From an uncultured Candidatus Nemicrothrix sp. (GTDB lineage: Bacteria > Actinomycetota > Acidimicrobiia > Acidimicrobiales > Aldehydirespiratoraceae): a DNA stretch of 55,412 nt. Position 1 is the first letter of the stretch. The number at the start of each line of letters is the position of its first letter. A model generated the notes under the pieces. It did not search any database, was not told the origin of the DNA, and worked only from the letters and a program-made list of their open reading frames with translations. The translations under genes and the position numbers were made by a program. Positions 43,318-52,444 of this stretch are shown here, piece by piece. The DNA lies in NCBI GenBank assembly GCA_964344055.1, contig CAYFLT010000011.1, positions 1 to 55,412 of the forward strand, written 5' to 3'.

Positions 43318-44479
43318 GCAATCCCAGCACGATCTCATCGAGTCCGCGGTGGTGTGGCGGCGTCGGATCCATCGCCGGCCGGAACTCGGGTTCGAGGAGG
43401 AGGAGACGGCGGCACTGGTGGCCGAGGTGTTGGGTGAGATCGGCCTCGAGGTGACGGTCGGAATCGGCACCACAGGCGTGGTCGGGTCGCTACGAATGGG
43501 CGGATCCGACCGGTCGATCGGACTCCGGGCCGACATCGATGCCATCGGGATCGACGAGCTCGGTGACGTGCCCTACCGCTCCGAACGGCCCGGCGCGTTC
43601 CACGGGTGCGGCCACGACGGCCACACGGCGATGCTGCTCGGGGCCGCCTCGAAGCTCGCCGCCGAGGGAGGCTTCGACGGTACCGTCCACTTCATCTTCC
43701 AGCCATGTGAGGAGCCCGGCTACGGCGCCCAGGCCATGATCGACGATGGACTCTTCGACCGGTTCCCGGTCGACGCCGTCTACGGGCTCCACAACATGCC
43801 GGGCATCCCCGCCGGTGACATCGCCGTACGGCCGGGGCCCCTCATGAGTTTCGAAGACCGTTTCGAGATCACCGTCGCCGGTCGAGGTGGGCACGCCTCC
43901 ATGCCGGACCGCACCGTCGACGCCACGGTGATCGCGGCCGAGATGGTCCTCGCGCTGCAGACGATCGTGTCCCGGTCGGTCAGCAGCCTCGACCCAGCGG
44001 TCGTCTCGGTGACCGAGTTGCACACCGATGGTGCCGCCAATGTCATCGCCTCCAACGCCACCCTGCGGGGCGACTGTCGCGGGTTCGCCGACGAGACCAG
44101 TGCCACCATCGAGAAGCGGATGGGTGAGATCGTCGCCGGACTGGGAGCCGCGCACGGTGCCGAGTGCACGTTGACCTACGACCGGGTCTGCATCGTCACC
44201 GACAACTCCGAGGCCGAGACCGCTCATGCCGTCGAGGCGGCCCGGGAAGTGGTGGGTGATGACCGCGTGGACCCGATGACGCCGCGAGTGCCGGCCTCAG
44301 AGGATTTCGCCCGGATGCTCCGGGTCCGTCCCGGCTGCTACGCACTGATCGGAAACGGGGTCGACGAGGGCGCTCACGGCTGCTCGCTGCACAATCCGTA
44401 CTACGACTTCAACGACGCGATCATCGGAACGGGGATCGACTACTGGGTCGCGCTCGTCCGCCAGCAGCTCCCCACCTGA
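43316..44479 (+). CDS. M20-family amidohydrolase (hippurate hydrolase / N-acyl-amino-acid amidohydrolase type)
   Basis: Track ORF 43148..44479 trimmed to ATG 43316. Contains WRRRIHRRPELGFEE, FHGCGHDGHTAML and FIFQPCEE. Confidence 0.8.
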   Translation: MQSQHDLIESAVVWRRRIHRRPELGFEEEETAALVAEVLGEIGLEVTVGIGTTGVVGSLRMGGSDRSIGLRADIDAIGIDELGDVPYRSERPGAFHGCGHDGHTAMLLGAASKLAAEGGFDGTVHFIFQPCEEPGYGAQAMIDDGLFDRFPVDAVYGLHNMPGIPAGDIAVRPGPLMSFEDRFEITVAGRGGHASMPDRTVDATVIAAEMVLALQTIVSRSVSSLDPAVVSVTELHTDGAANVIASNATLRGDCRGFADETSATIEKRMGEIVAGLGAAHGAECTLTYDRVCIVTDNSEAETAHAVEAAREVVGDDRVDPMTPRVPASEDFARMLRVRPGCYALIGNGVDEGAHGCSLHNPYYDFNDAIIGTGIDYWVALVRQQLPT

Positions 44480-44490
44480 CCCGGCCGCAG

Positions 44491-45132
44491 TCAGAGGCCC
44501 AGGAGCTCCTTGGTCTTCTGGGCCGCGGTGACGGCGGTGGGGGCGTAGGCGTCGGCGCCGATCTGGTCCGCGTAGTCCTGGGTGACCGGCGCGCCGCCGA
44601 CGAGGATCTTCACGTCGTCACGGACGCCGGCGTCGGCGATTGCCGCGATTGTCGTGTCGAGCTCCGGCATCGTCGTGGTGAGGAACGCACTGATCCCGAC
44701 GGCGTCGGGCGAGTGGATGCGGATCGCCTCCACGAATTCGTCCGGCGGGACGTTCACGCCGAGATCGATCACCTCGAACCCCACCCCTTCGAGCATCACG
44801 TTGCAGAGGTTCTTCCCGATGTCGTGGATGTCGCCGGCCACAGTCCCCATGACGAAGGTGCCGATCCGGGCCTCCGACGCGTCCGCCATCAGCGGCCGCA
44901 GCAGTTCCATGCTCGCCTGCATCGCTCTTGCGGAGATCAGCATCTCCGGGAGGAAGATCTCGCCGGTCTCGAAGAGCCGTCCTACTTCTTCCAGTGCCGG
45001 GATCATGGAATCGAACAACAGGGTCAGCGGCTCGACTCCGGCATCGAGACCCGCTCGGGTCGCCGCTGCGGCGTTCTCCGCCTCGCCGGCGACGACCGAG
45101 TCGTAGAGAGAATCGAGGATCTGATCGCTCAC
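44491..45132 (-). CDS. Corrinoid (B12-binding) protein of methyltransferase systems
   Basis: Track ORF, 213 aa. N-terminal helical cap plus a Rossmann B12 domain with DxHxxG (GDIHDIGKN), SxL (ISAFLTTT) and GG (VGGAP). Confidence 0.85.
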   Translation of the reverse strand: MSDQILDSLYDSVVAGEAENAAAATRAGLDAGVEPLTLLFDSMIPALEEVGRLFETGEIFLPEMLISARAMQASMELLRPLMADASEARIGTFVMGTVAGDIHDIGKNLCNVMLEGVGFEVIDLGVNVPPDEFVEAIRIHSPDAVGISAFLTTTMPELDTTIAAIADAGVRDDVKILVGGAPVTQDYADQIGADAYAPTAVTAAQKTKELLGL

Positions 45133-45139
45133 GCCGGCC

Positions 45140-46306
45140 TCACCTCGACTTCACCGGAGACCGGCCGTACTCCTCGACCGCGTCGACCATGGCCAGGACG
45201 TTCTCGGCGGAGACATCGTTCATGACCGTGTGCACCGACGACACCATGTACCCGCCGCCGGGCCCCAGGATGTCGATCACCCGCTTCACTTCGGACCGCA
45301 CCTCCTCCGGCGTGCCGTGCGGAAGGATCCGCTGGGTGTCGATGGCGCCGCACAGGGTCAGCTTCGTGCCGTAGCGGTCTCGCAACGCCTCCAGGTCGGC
45401 CATCTTCCCGGCTGATGTCTGGATCGGATTGAGGATGTCGATTCCCATCTCCACGAAGTCGTCGATGAGTGGGAACACGTCGCCGTCGGTGTGGAAGAAC
45501 ACCTTCGCGTCGGTCCGGGCCTTGATGAACTCGATCCAGTCGGCATGGATCGGCTTCAGCACCTTGCGGTACATGTCCGGCGACATCAGCAGACTCTGCT
45601 GGGTTCCGAGATCGTCGCCGATCTTGATGATGTCGACGTTCGGGCCGAGCGCGGTGAGGAAGTTCCCCATGAGTTGCTTGCAGACGTCCTGCAGCTTCCA
45701 GAGCAGGGCTTCGGTGAACTCGGGGTACAGCGCCATGTTCATGAGGAATGTGTCCATGCCCTGCATGGCGAACGCGCGCTCGAGCGGGAACAGCAGCCAC
45801 GGCGTGGCCATGATGGCGTGGCGGCCGTCCTCGGCCAGGGCCTTCGCCTCAGCCGCCACGTGGGAGACCCGGGACGGATCGTCCATGTCGGGCCAAGGGT
45901 GGGCTTCGAGTTCCTCGATGGTGGTGGCCGACGCCAATGGGTGGACCATCGGGAACCACTCGCCAGGCTTCACCTCCTTCGCCCCGGAGCCCCAGGAGTC
46001 GATGTAGTCCGAGTGTTCGGGCCGGTAGCGATTCCGCTCCAACACGTGGGCGGGCTCCAGGTCCAGGATCCCGCGCACGTCGCTGTGGAGGCGCTGCAGG
46101 GTGGCTTCGTCGATCTTGGCAGTGCCCAGTTCCGGCCAGTCGTACAGGTAGTCGTCGGGAGCGTCGATCTCCAGCAACTCCTTGAGCTCGCGGTACGGCT
46201 CCATCTTGATGCCGGTGGCGTTGCTCACCCCGAGCACGATCGGTACTCGGTCCGGCTCCTGGTGGTCGATCGCCATCAGCACGCGCTCACGCGACGTCAT
46301 CGACAT
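45140..46306 (-). CDS. Uroporphyrinogen-decarboxylase-family methyltransferase (MtaA/MtbA-like, MT2-type)
   Basis: Track ORF 45140..46429 trimmed to ATG 46306 (MSMTSRERVLMAIDHQEPDRVPIV). URO-D fold pattern. Ends 8 nt upstream of the corrinoid protein gene. Confidence 0.75.
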   Translation of the reverse strand: MSMTSRERVLMAIDHQEPDRVPIVLGVSNATGIKMEPYRELKELLEIDAPDDYLYDWPELGTAKIDEATLQRLHSDVRGILDLEPAHVLERNRYRPEHSDYIDSWGSGAKEVKPGEWFPMVHPLASATTIEELEAHPWPDMDDPSRVSHVAAEAKALAEDGRHAIMATPWLLFPLERAFAMQGMDTFLMNMALYPEFTEALLWKLQDVCKQLMGNFLTALGPNVDIIKIGDDLGTQQSLLMSPDMYRKVLKPIHADWIEFIKARTDAKVFFHTDGDVFPLIDDFVEMGIDILNPIQTSAGKMADLEALRDRYGTKLTLCGAIDTQRILPHGTPEEVRSEVKRVIDILGPGGGYMVSSVHTVMNDVSAENVLAMVDAVEEYGRSPVKSR

Positions 46307-46428
46307 GGCGGACTCCTCGGTTCGTTCGAGACCCTGGAGTCCACCTTCGGCGCGGTGCCGGGCGGGCCGGAAGGGCCCTTGGTCACAGGCGGGAATGTCC
46401 GACGGGTCGCGGTCGTTGATGATCGGCA

Positions 46429-47004
46429 ATGACCAACCTTCAAATCACCGCAATCGTCGGGAGCCTCCGGGCCGAGTCGACCCACCGTGCCCTCATGACC
46501 GCCGCCGTCGAGCTGATGCCTGCCGGGTCAGTCCTGGTCGAGTCGGACGTGAGGGGACTGCCCTTCTACAACGGCGACGTCGAGGCCGCCGGCGACCCTT
46601 CCACCGTGGCAGACCTGAAAGCAGCCGTCGGGGCAGCCGACGGTCTGGTGATCTTCACGCCGGAGTACAACCGCAGCATTCCGGCTGTCACCAAGAACGC
46701 CGTCGACTGGTTGTCGAGGCCGCGGGGTTCATCGGCCCTCACCGGCACGCCGGTCGGGATCGTGGCCGCCACGCCCGGTGGCCACGACGTCGCGGGAGTC
46801 CGTGACCACCTGGCGGCGACGGTCGGGGTCACGGGGGCGGAGGTCTTCGACCGTTCGTTGGGGATGGGTGGCATCTTCGACCTCATCGGCGACGACGGCC
46901 GAGTCGTGGACGACGAGGCCAGGGCCACCCTGCGAGCCTGGCTCGGGGCGTTCGTGGAGTTCGTGGAACGGGCGCGGATCAGCCGACTGGCCGAGGCCGG
47001 CTGA
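46429..47004 (+). CDS. NADPH-dependent FMN reductase family protein
   Basis: Track ORF, 191 aa. Contains ITAIVGSLRAES and IFTPEYNRSIPAVTKNAVDWLSR. Confidence 0.8.
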   Translation: MTNLQITAIVGSLRAESTHRALMTAAVELMPAGSVLVESDVRGLPFYNGDVEAAGDPSTVADLKAAVGAADGLVIFTPEYNRSIPAVTKNAVDWLSRPRGSSALTGTPVGIVAATPGGHDVAGVRDHLAATVGVTGAEVFDRSLGMGGIFDLIGDDGRVVDDEARATLRAWLGAFVEFVERARISRLAEAG

Positions 47005-48211
47005 GTTCAGTCCGTGCTCGGGGCCGGAGCGCCATCAGCCCGACGGCTGTTGCGACGCTCACCGCGGCAACGGTCATGAGTGAGCCGGGGAACCCTGCGG
47101 AGGTGTCGGCGATCGCGCCGACCACGAGCGGTCCGCTGACTCCTCCGATCTCGCCGACCGCGAACCAGACCCCGTTCGCCAACCCTGCGTTCGCGGACGT
47201 CACGCCGTCCGCCTCCATGAGGATGAGGATCCCGACCGGGACGAGCGCGGCGCGCGACGCAGAGGTCACGGCGGCCGGACCGACCAACCACTCCGGCCCA
47301 TAGGCCATCGCGGTGAGGCTCACCGCAAGCACTCCGAGCATCCCGGCCACCACGAGTCGAACCCGTTCGGGTGTCGCCCCGTTCGGAACGATGACCGCGA
47401 CCACGATTCCGGCGATCCCGGACAACGCAGCCCAGTTGGAGGCGACGCTCGGGCTGTGGCCCCCGAGTTCCTCGAGCGCCGCGGGCAGCCAGGGCCGGAC
47501 GCCGTGATTCACGAAGAACACGGTGAAGGCCATCCCCAGTGCCAGCCGTACGCCGGGCGACCTGGCCAGCTCGACGAGGTGCCCTCGGGGGCGGGTGACG
47601 ATGTCGTGTTCGCGGGTCGGCTTGTCGGCGCGGGCGAAGATCAGGAGCCAGACCACTACGGCCGACGCCCCCAGCACCGCCTCGGCCAACAGGACACCGC
47701 GCCATGAACCGAGCCACGGGAGCAGGAAGGGGTTCGTGACGAACAGGACCGCCACGCCACCGATTCCCGGTGCTACCGCGTAGAGCCCGACTGCCCGCCG
47801 GCGCTCCCTCTCATCGGGAAACCAGGTGGCGACGAGCGTCGGAGCGGCCGCGGAGATGAGCGAACCGAACACTCCGAAGATCGCGATGGCGAGCCAGAGG
47901 GTGCCGACGCCCTGCGCCCCTGAGCGCGCGGTCATCGAGGCCACGATCGAGACGCCGCCGAGAGCCACCGCCGGACCGATTCCGAATCGGTCGATGAAGC
48001 GACCGGCGAATGGTGCGCTGAAGATGAACATGAAGGCCCAGGCCCCCAATGCCAACCCCATCTCTCCCCGGCTGGCTCCGAGGTCGTGGCGGACCTCGTT
48101 GAGCATCGGAGCGATCGACGAGACCGCCACTCCGAAGGTGAAGTACACACAGACCATCCCGCCGAGTACCCGCCACCGCCAGGCGGGGGCGTCGAAAACG
48201 GGAGCGGCCAT
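46979..48211 (-). CDS. MFS transporter
   Basis: Track ORF, 410 aa, about 12 TM segments, loop motif GRFIDRFG. Confidence 0.8.
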   Translation of the reverse strand: MAAPVFDAPAWRWRVLGGMVCVYFTFGVAVSSIAPMLNEVRHDLGASRGEMGLALGAWAFMFIFSAPFAGRFIDRFGIGPAVALGGVSIVASMTARSGAQGVGTLWLAIAIFGVFGSLISAAAPTLVATWFPDERERRRAVGLYAVAPGIGGVAVLFVTNPFLLPWLGSWRGVLLAEAVLGASAVVVWLLIFARADKPTREHDIVTRPRGHLVELARSPGVRLALGMAFTVFFVNHGVRPWLPAALEELGGHSPSVASNWAALSGIAGIVVAVIVPNGATPERVRLVVAGMLGVLAVSLTAMAYGPEWLVGPAAVTSASRAALVPVGILILMEADGVTSANAGLANGVWFAVGEIGGVSGPLVVGAIADTSAGFPGSLMTVAAVSVATAVGLMALRPRARTELSRPRPVG

Positions 48212-48251
48212 CCGCTCATCAGAGCAGATGGCCGCACGATCGGTTTCGATT

Positions 48252-48339
48252 TGGCGGAGGGTGTGGGATTTGAACCCACGGAGGCTCTCACCTCACACGC
48301 TTTCCAAGCGTGCCCATTCGGCCGCTCTGGCAACCCTCC
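48252..48339 (-). tRNA. tRNA-Ser (anticodon GGA), CCA encoded
   Basis: Minus strand reads GGAGGGTTGCCAGAGCGGCCGAATGGGCACGCTTGGAAAGCGTGTGAGGTGAGAGCCTCCGTGGGTTCAAATCCCACACCCTCCGCCA. Anticodon loop TTGGAAA, long variable arm. Confidence 0.9.
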
Positions 48340-48388
48340 TTGGCACCGCGAAGCCGCGGTTCCGGCCCATGAGGGTATCGTGAATCGC

Positions 48389-48532
48389 GCAGCGCCCGTT
48401 CCGGGGTGTGGCGGTCGGGTCCTGTGCAACAGGTGCCCGTGAACCGAGTCAGGGCCGGAAGGCAGCAGCTCTCAGCGGAGCCGCTTGTGTGCCGCAGATC
48501 GCCTGGCCGCCACTCCCGGGAACGGGCGCTGC
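48389..48532 (+). ncRNA. ffs: Signal recognition particle RNA (small bacterial type); conserved core about 48410-48503, with an extended closing helix
   Basis: GTGAACCGAGTCAGGGCCGGAAGGCAGCAGC matches the universally conserved domain IV (compare E. coli 4.5S ...CCAGGUCAGGUCCGGAAGGAAGCAGCC). The flanks pair into a long rod. Usual neighbourhood (tRNA-Ser upstream, dnaX-ybaB-recR downstream). The ends are uncertain. Confidence 0.8.
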
Positions 48533-48544
48533 CGTTCCCGGGAG
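48513..48544. terminator. 13-bp perfect hairpin (CTCCCGGGAACGG gcgctg CCGTTCCCGGGAG), bidirectional terminator candidate
   Basis: Lies between ffs (+) and the stop (48552) of the minus-strand secreted-protein gene. Its left arm is also complementary to 48389-48402 upstream of ffs. Confidence 0.6.
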
Positions 48545-48551
48545 CGATCTG

Positions 48552-49070
48552 TCACCCGCCGATCTTGACGACGCCGAAGTAGTCGGCCGTGCCGTTCACC
48601 ACGTCGTCGACGAAGCGGATCTCACCGTCGACGGACTCGAAGTCGCCGGTACCCGATCCCTCGATGATCGGGTGTTCGCATCCGCCCGAGATCTGGGCGC
48701 CGGTGTCCGGGTCGAAGAGTGCGTAGAACGACTCGTTGGACTCCCAGGTGCCCGAGAGACCCGCCACGCTCACGTGCCAGTACTCGTGGTCACGAGACTG
48801 GTACTCGCCGGTCTCCTCGTTGTACTCCTCGGACAGGATGTTGCCGTAGACGCATCCGGTGATGTCACCGGTGAGCCCGAAGGCATAGTCCGTCTTCATC
48901 GCGGTACACGGTGCCGACCAGTCGAGCGACCCCGAAACCTCGATCTCCATCTCACCGTCGCCGGCGCTCACCGGAGTGGCAGCGCCGAGCGTCATCGCAA
49001 AGACCAGGGAGACGAGCGTCGCGAGTCGAACCAGTCGATGGTCGCGGCGCGGCTTGCTGATGATGGTCAT
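48552..49070 (-). CDS. Secreted protein, unknown function
   Basis: Track ORF 48552..49280 trimmed to ATG 49070. Signal peptide is MTIISKPRRDHRLVRLATLVSLVFAMTLGAATPVSAGD. GGA-rich RBS upstream. Confidence 0.6.
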   Translation of the reverse strand: MTIISKPRRDHRLVRLATLVSLVFAMTLGAATPVSAGDGEMEIEVSGSLDWSAPCTAMKTDYAFGLTGDITGCVYGNILSEEYNEETGEYQSRDHEYWHVSVAGLSGTWESNESFYALFDPDTGAQISGGCEHPIIEGSGTGDFESVDGEIRFVDDVVNGTADYFGVVKIGG

Positions 49071-49198
49071 GTCTTGTTCCTTTCGGCCCGGATCGGGCTG
49101 TCCCAGTTGGTGGTGGGAGGGTCTCCGCCGGAGCGCCTCAACCCCTCCCACCCTGTAGTCGGCCCAGCGGGCCCGAATCCCTCGCGACATCTCGCCAA

Positions 49199-50521
49199 TT
49201 GGCCCGGGCGGGCGCCGCATGTCGTGGAAGACTGCGCGCCGTGACGGACTCCGCGCCCGCCCCACCGCTTCGGTCCACACTCGCCGGGACGTGGGCGCTC
49301 TTCGCCGGGATCATGCTGATCATGGCCGGCAACGGACTCCAGTTCACGACGGTCGGCGTGCGCTCGACCCTGGAGGACTTCACCTCCGTGGCCATCGGCG
49401 TGATGACGGCGAGCTACTACCTCGGCTTCCTCATCGGGGCCCGTTTCACGTTTGGTGCCCTGGGGCGAGTCGGTCACATCCGGGTGTTTGCCGCGCTGGC
49501 GTCGAGTGCCAGCGCTTCGGTGCTGCTCCACACGCTGTGGGTGAATCCCGCCAGCTGGACACTGATGCGCTTCACCACGGGGTTCTGCATGGCGGGGCTG
49601 TTCATCGTCAGTGAGAGTTGGATCAACGATCGGGCCACCAACGCCACCCGGGGTCTGCTGATGTCGGCCTACATGGTCGTTGGCATCGGCGGCCGCGCCG
49701 CGGGCCAGGGGCTGTTGAACGTCGGAGACCCGACCAGTTTCGATCTCTTCGTCATCTCCAGCCTTCTCGTGTCGGTCGCCCTGGTGCCGATGGCGATGTC
49801 CGCCACGTCGGCGCCACCGGTCGTCGTCCCCCAACCGATGTCGTTCACCGAGATGCGCAAGGTGGTTCCCTCCGGTCTCATCACGGTGTTCACCAGCGGA
49901 TTGACCACTGCGACTCTCGGCGGTCTCACCGCGGTGTACGCCACCCGGGTCGGGATGAGCACCGCGGAGGTGTCGTTGCTCATCACCTCGCTGCTGATCG
50001 GCGCGGTGGTCCTGCAGATTCCGATCGGCACCGCCTCGGATCGGATCCTCCGCCGGGTCGTGATGCTCGCCACGACTGTGGTGGCCTCGGGGGCCGCGGT
50101 CGCGCTGGCGATCGGGCCTGAGACCGGGTTGATCCCGATGCTGCTGATCTTCGTGCTGGGTGGCACCGCCTATCCGCTCTACAGCCTGGGCGTGGCCTAC
50201 ACCAATGACTGGATTCCCGACGAGAAGCGGGCAAGTGCATCGGTCGTCCTGATGATCACCAGCGGGTGCGGAGCCATCGCCGGCCCGATCGTGGCGTCGG
50301 TCGCGATGGCCCGCTCCGTTGCCGGCCTCTTCTGGATGGTGGCGATGGTCCATGCCCTCTACGGCGTCTATCTCTTCGTCCGAATCGTGATCCGCCGCCC
50401 GGTGCCGGCGGACCAGAAGAGCCGTTTCACTCCGGTGCCCGAGCGGGCCACCGCGATGATCTTCAGCCGGAGCCGGCGGCGATCGGGCAACGGCGACAGC
50501 GACGACTCCGGCGAGCTATAG
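49199..50521 (+). CDS. MFS transporter
   Basis: Track ORF, 440 aa. The true start is possibly GTG 49241 (VTDSAPAPP). 12 TM pattern. Confidence 0.8.
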   Translation: MARAGAACRGRLRAVTDSAPAPPLRSTLAGTWALFAGIMLIMAGNGLQFTTVGVRSTLEDFTSVAIGVMTASYYLGFLIGARFTFGALGRVGHIRVFAALASSASASVLLHTLWVNPASWTLMRFTTGFCMAGLFIVSESWINDRATNATRGLLMSAYMVVGIGGRAAGQGLLNVGDPTSFDLFVISSLLVSVALVPMAMSATSAPPVVVPQPMSFTEMRKVVPSGLITVFTSGLTTATLGGLTAVYATRVGMSTAEVSLLITSLLIGAVVLQIPIGTASDRILRRVVMLATTVVASGAAVALAIGPETGLIPMLLIFVLGGTAYPLYSLGVAYTNDWIPDEKRASASVVLMITSGCGAIAGPIVASVAMARSVAGLFWMVAMVHALYGVYLFVRIVIRRPVPADQKSRFTPVPERATAMIFSRSRRRSGNGDSDDSGEL

Positions 50522-50533
50522 AGTCGACCGGGC

Positions 50534-52444
50534 ATGGCCTACCAGTCGCTCTATCGCCGCTACCGCCCCCAGAAGTTCTCCGAAATCCGGGGCCAGCACC
50601 ATGTCGTGTCGGCGCTGCAGAACGCGGTCGTGAAGGGCGAGGTCGGTCACGCCTATCTGCTCCACGGGCCTCGTGGTACCGGCAAGACGACGTCCGCCCG
50701 GGTGCTCGCGAAGGCGTTGAACTGCGAGAACCTCGGCACCGACGGCGAGCCCTGTTGTGCATGTGAGAGCTGCGTCGCCATAGAGCAGGGCCGCTCGTTC
50801 GACCTCCACGAGCTCGACGCGGCGTCGAACAACAAGGTCGAGGACATGCGCGATCTGCTCGGCAAGGTCAACCTGGGCACGCCGGGTCGAGCCAAGGTGT
50901 ACATCCTCGACGAGGTGCACATGCTCACCTCTCAGGCCGAGAACGCCCTTCTGAAGACGCTGGAGGAGCCCCCCGAACACGTCTCCTGGGTGCTGGCCAC
51001 CACTGAGCCCCACAAGGTCGTCGAGACGATTCGCAGCCGGTGCCAAGTGTTCGAACTCTCGCTGCTCGGTGCCGACGAGATGGCTGATCACGTCCGCTGG
51101 GTCATCGATGATGCGGCTCTCGGCGTCGGTGAGGACGCTGTCGATCACGTCGTCGCAGCCGGCGGGGGCTCGGTCCGCGACACCCTGTCGGCGTTGGACC
51201 GCGTCGTCGCGGCGGGAGGACTCGTCGAGATCGACACCTCAACCCACGCCCTGCTCGACGCGCTCGCGTCACGCGACGTCGCCGGCGCACTCGGTGCCAT
51301 CGGTGACGCGACCGGTCGTGGTCGTGATCCCCGCACCATCGGTGAAGGTGTCCTGGCCGGGCTTCGGGACGCATTCTTGACGGCGATGGGTTCGCCCCCT
51401 CCGCGCATCGGCGGTCGCGAGAAGGAGCGCGCCGAACGACTGGCGGGCCGGATGAGTCCTGCCGCCATGACTCGTGCGCTCGAGACCCTGGGTGTGGCGC
51501 TGGTCGAGATGCGGCAGGCCCCCGATCCCCGCGTCGACCTCGAGGTGGCGTTCGTGCGGCTCTGCCGACCCGACACCGACCGATCGATGGACGCGGTGCT
51601 GGAGCGTCTCGACCGGCTCGAACAGGGGTCCGGTACCCCGGCCGCGACGACCGCGGAGGCGCCCGCACCGCCACCCTCGACAGAGTCTGCCGAGGCTGCG
51701 CCGGTGGCCCCGGCCGCCGCGGGTGCCGCTCCACCCGTTCCTGCTGCCGCTTCGGCCCCGCCCGCGGAGGACCCTGTGGGATCCAAGGACATCGGTCCGG
51801 CCGCGGCCGCCCGCCGAGCGCTCGCCGAGAAGCGGGCGGGATCGGCGTCCGCGTCCGCTCCCTCTCCGAGCGGCACCGGTCCGGCGCCGGTCGAGGCGCC
51901 TGCGGTGCCCCCACCGCCGCCTCCCGCCGCCGCGCCTGCTCCAGAGCCCGAGCCGGCCCCGGCGTCTCGGCGCGAGGCAGCGGACGCTCCGATCGATCTC
52001 CGCGCCATTCGACCGCTGTCACCGACCGAGGTCGTGCAACTCGCCGGTCTCCACCTCGACCTCGACCGCGACACCGTGGTGCGCCGCGCCACCGACCTGC
52101 TGGGTGGCGGAGGCCAGCGGTCCGCGGAGGACCTCGCCCACCTCTGGGGGGTGCTCGTCGACGAGTACGGTCCGGCGCCATCGCGGCCTGCGCCCGCGGC
52201 GGAGCCGGCTGCATCACGGCCGGCTGCCGCCGCTGACGACGGTGACCCGGGACCCACACCACCCGACGAGGATCCGGTCGTTGTCGACCCCAGCGATGCG
52301 GGCACTCCCCCCGACGACCCCGACGACATCGATCTCCACGATCTCGTGGACGCGCCGGACCATGCCGACGAGCTGATCGAACGACTCACCGAGGCATTCC
52401 CCGGTGCCGAGCTCCACACCAAGGAAGAACCCACCGATGACTGA
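50534..52444 (+). CDS. dnaX: DNA polymerase III subunit gamma/tau
   Basis: Track ORF, 636 aa. Contains YRRYRPQKFSEIRGQ, Walker A GPRGTGKTT, zinc module CENLGTDGEPCCACESC, and YILDEVHMLT. Pro/Ala-rich linker in the C-terminal half. Confidence 0.95.
   Translation: MAYQSLYRRYRPQKFSEIRGQHHVVSALQNAVVKGEVGHAYLLHGPRGTGKTTSARVLAKALNCENLGTDGEPCCACESCVAIEQGRSFDLHELDAASNNKVEDMRDLLGKVNLGTPGRAKVYILDEVHMLTSQAENALLKTLEEPPEHVSWVLATTEPHKVVETIRSRCQVFELSLLGADEMADHVRWVIDDAALGVGEDAVDHVVAAGGGSVRDTLSALDRVVAAGGLVEIDTSTHALLDALASRDVAGALGAIGDATGRGRDPRTIGEGVLAGLRDAFLTAMGSPPPRIGGREKERAERLAGRMSPAAMTRALETLGVALVEMRQAPDPRVDLEVAFVRLCRPDTDRSMDAVLERLDRLEQGSGTPAATTAEAPAPPPSTESAEAAPVAPAAAGAAPPVPAAASAPPAEDPVGSKDIGPAAAARRALAEKRAGSASASAPSPSGTGPAPVEAPAVPPPPPPAAAPAPEPEPAPASRREAADAPIDLRAIRPLSPTEVVQLAGLHLDLDRDTVVRRATDLLGGGGQRSAEDLAHLWGVLVDEYGPAPSRPAPAAEPAASRPAAAADDGDPGPTPPDEDPVVVDPSDAGTPPDDPDDIDLHDLVDAPDHADELIERLTEAFPGAELHTKEEPTDD

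Noticed and set aside
46307-46428. Cobalamin riboswitch upstream of the corrinoid methyltransferase genes
   Set aside because: The leader is only about 120 nt, and I could not find a B12-box-like core (GCCACTG-type) or the expected multi-stem layout.
50534-52444. Programmed ribosomal frameshift or slippage site in dnaX (gamma versus tau)
   Set aside because: I saw no A-rich slippery heptamer (A AAA AAG type) or poly-A run in this GC-rich gene, so nothing supports it from sequence.
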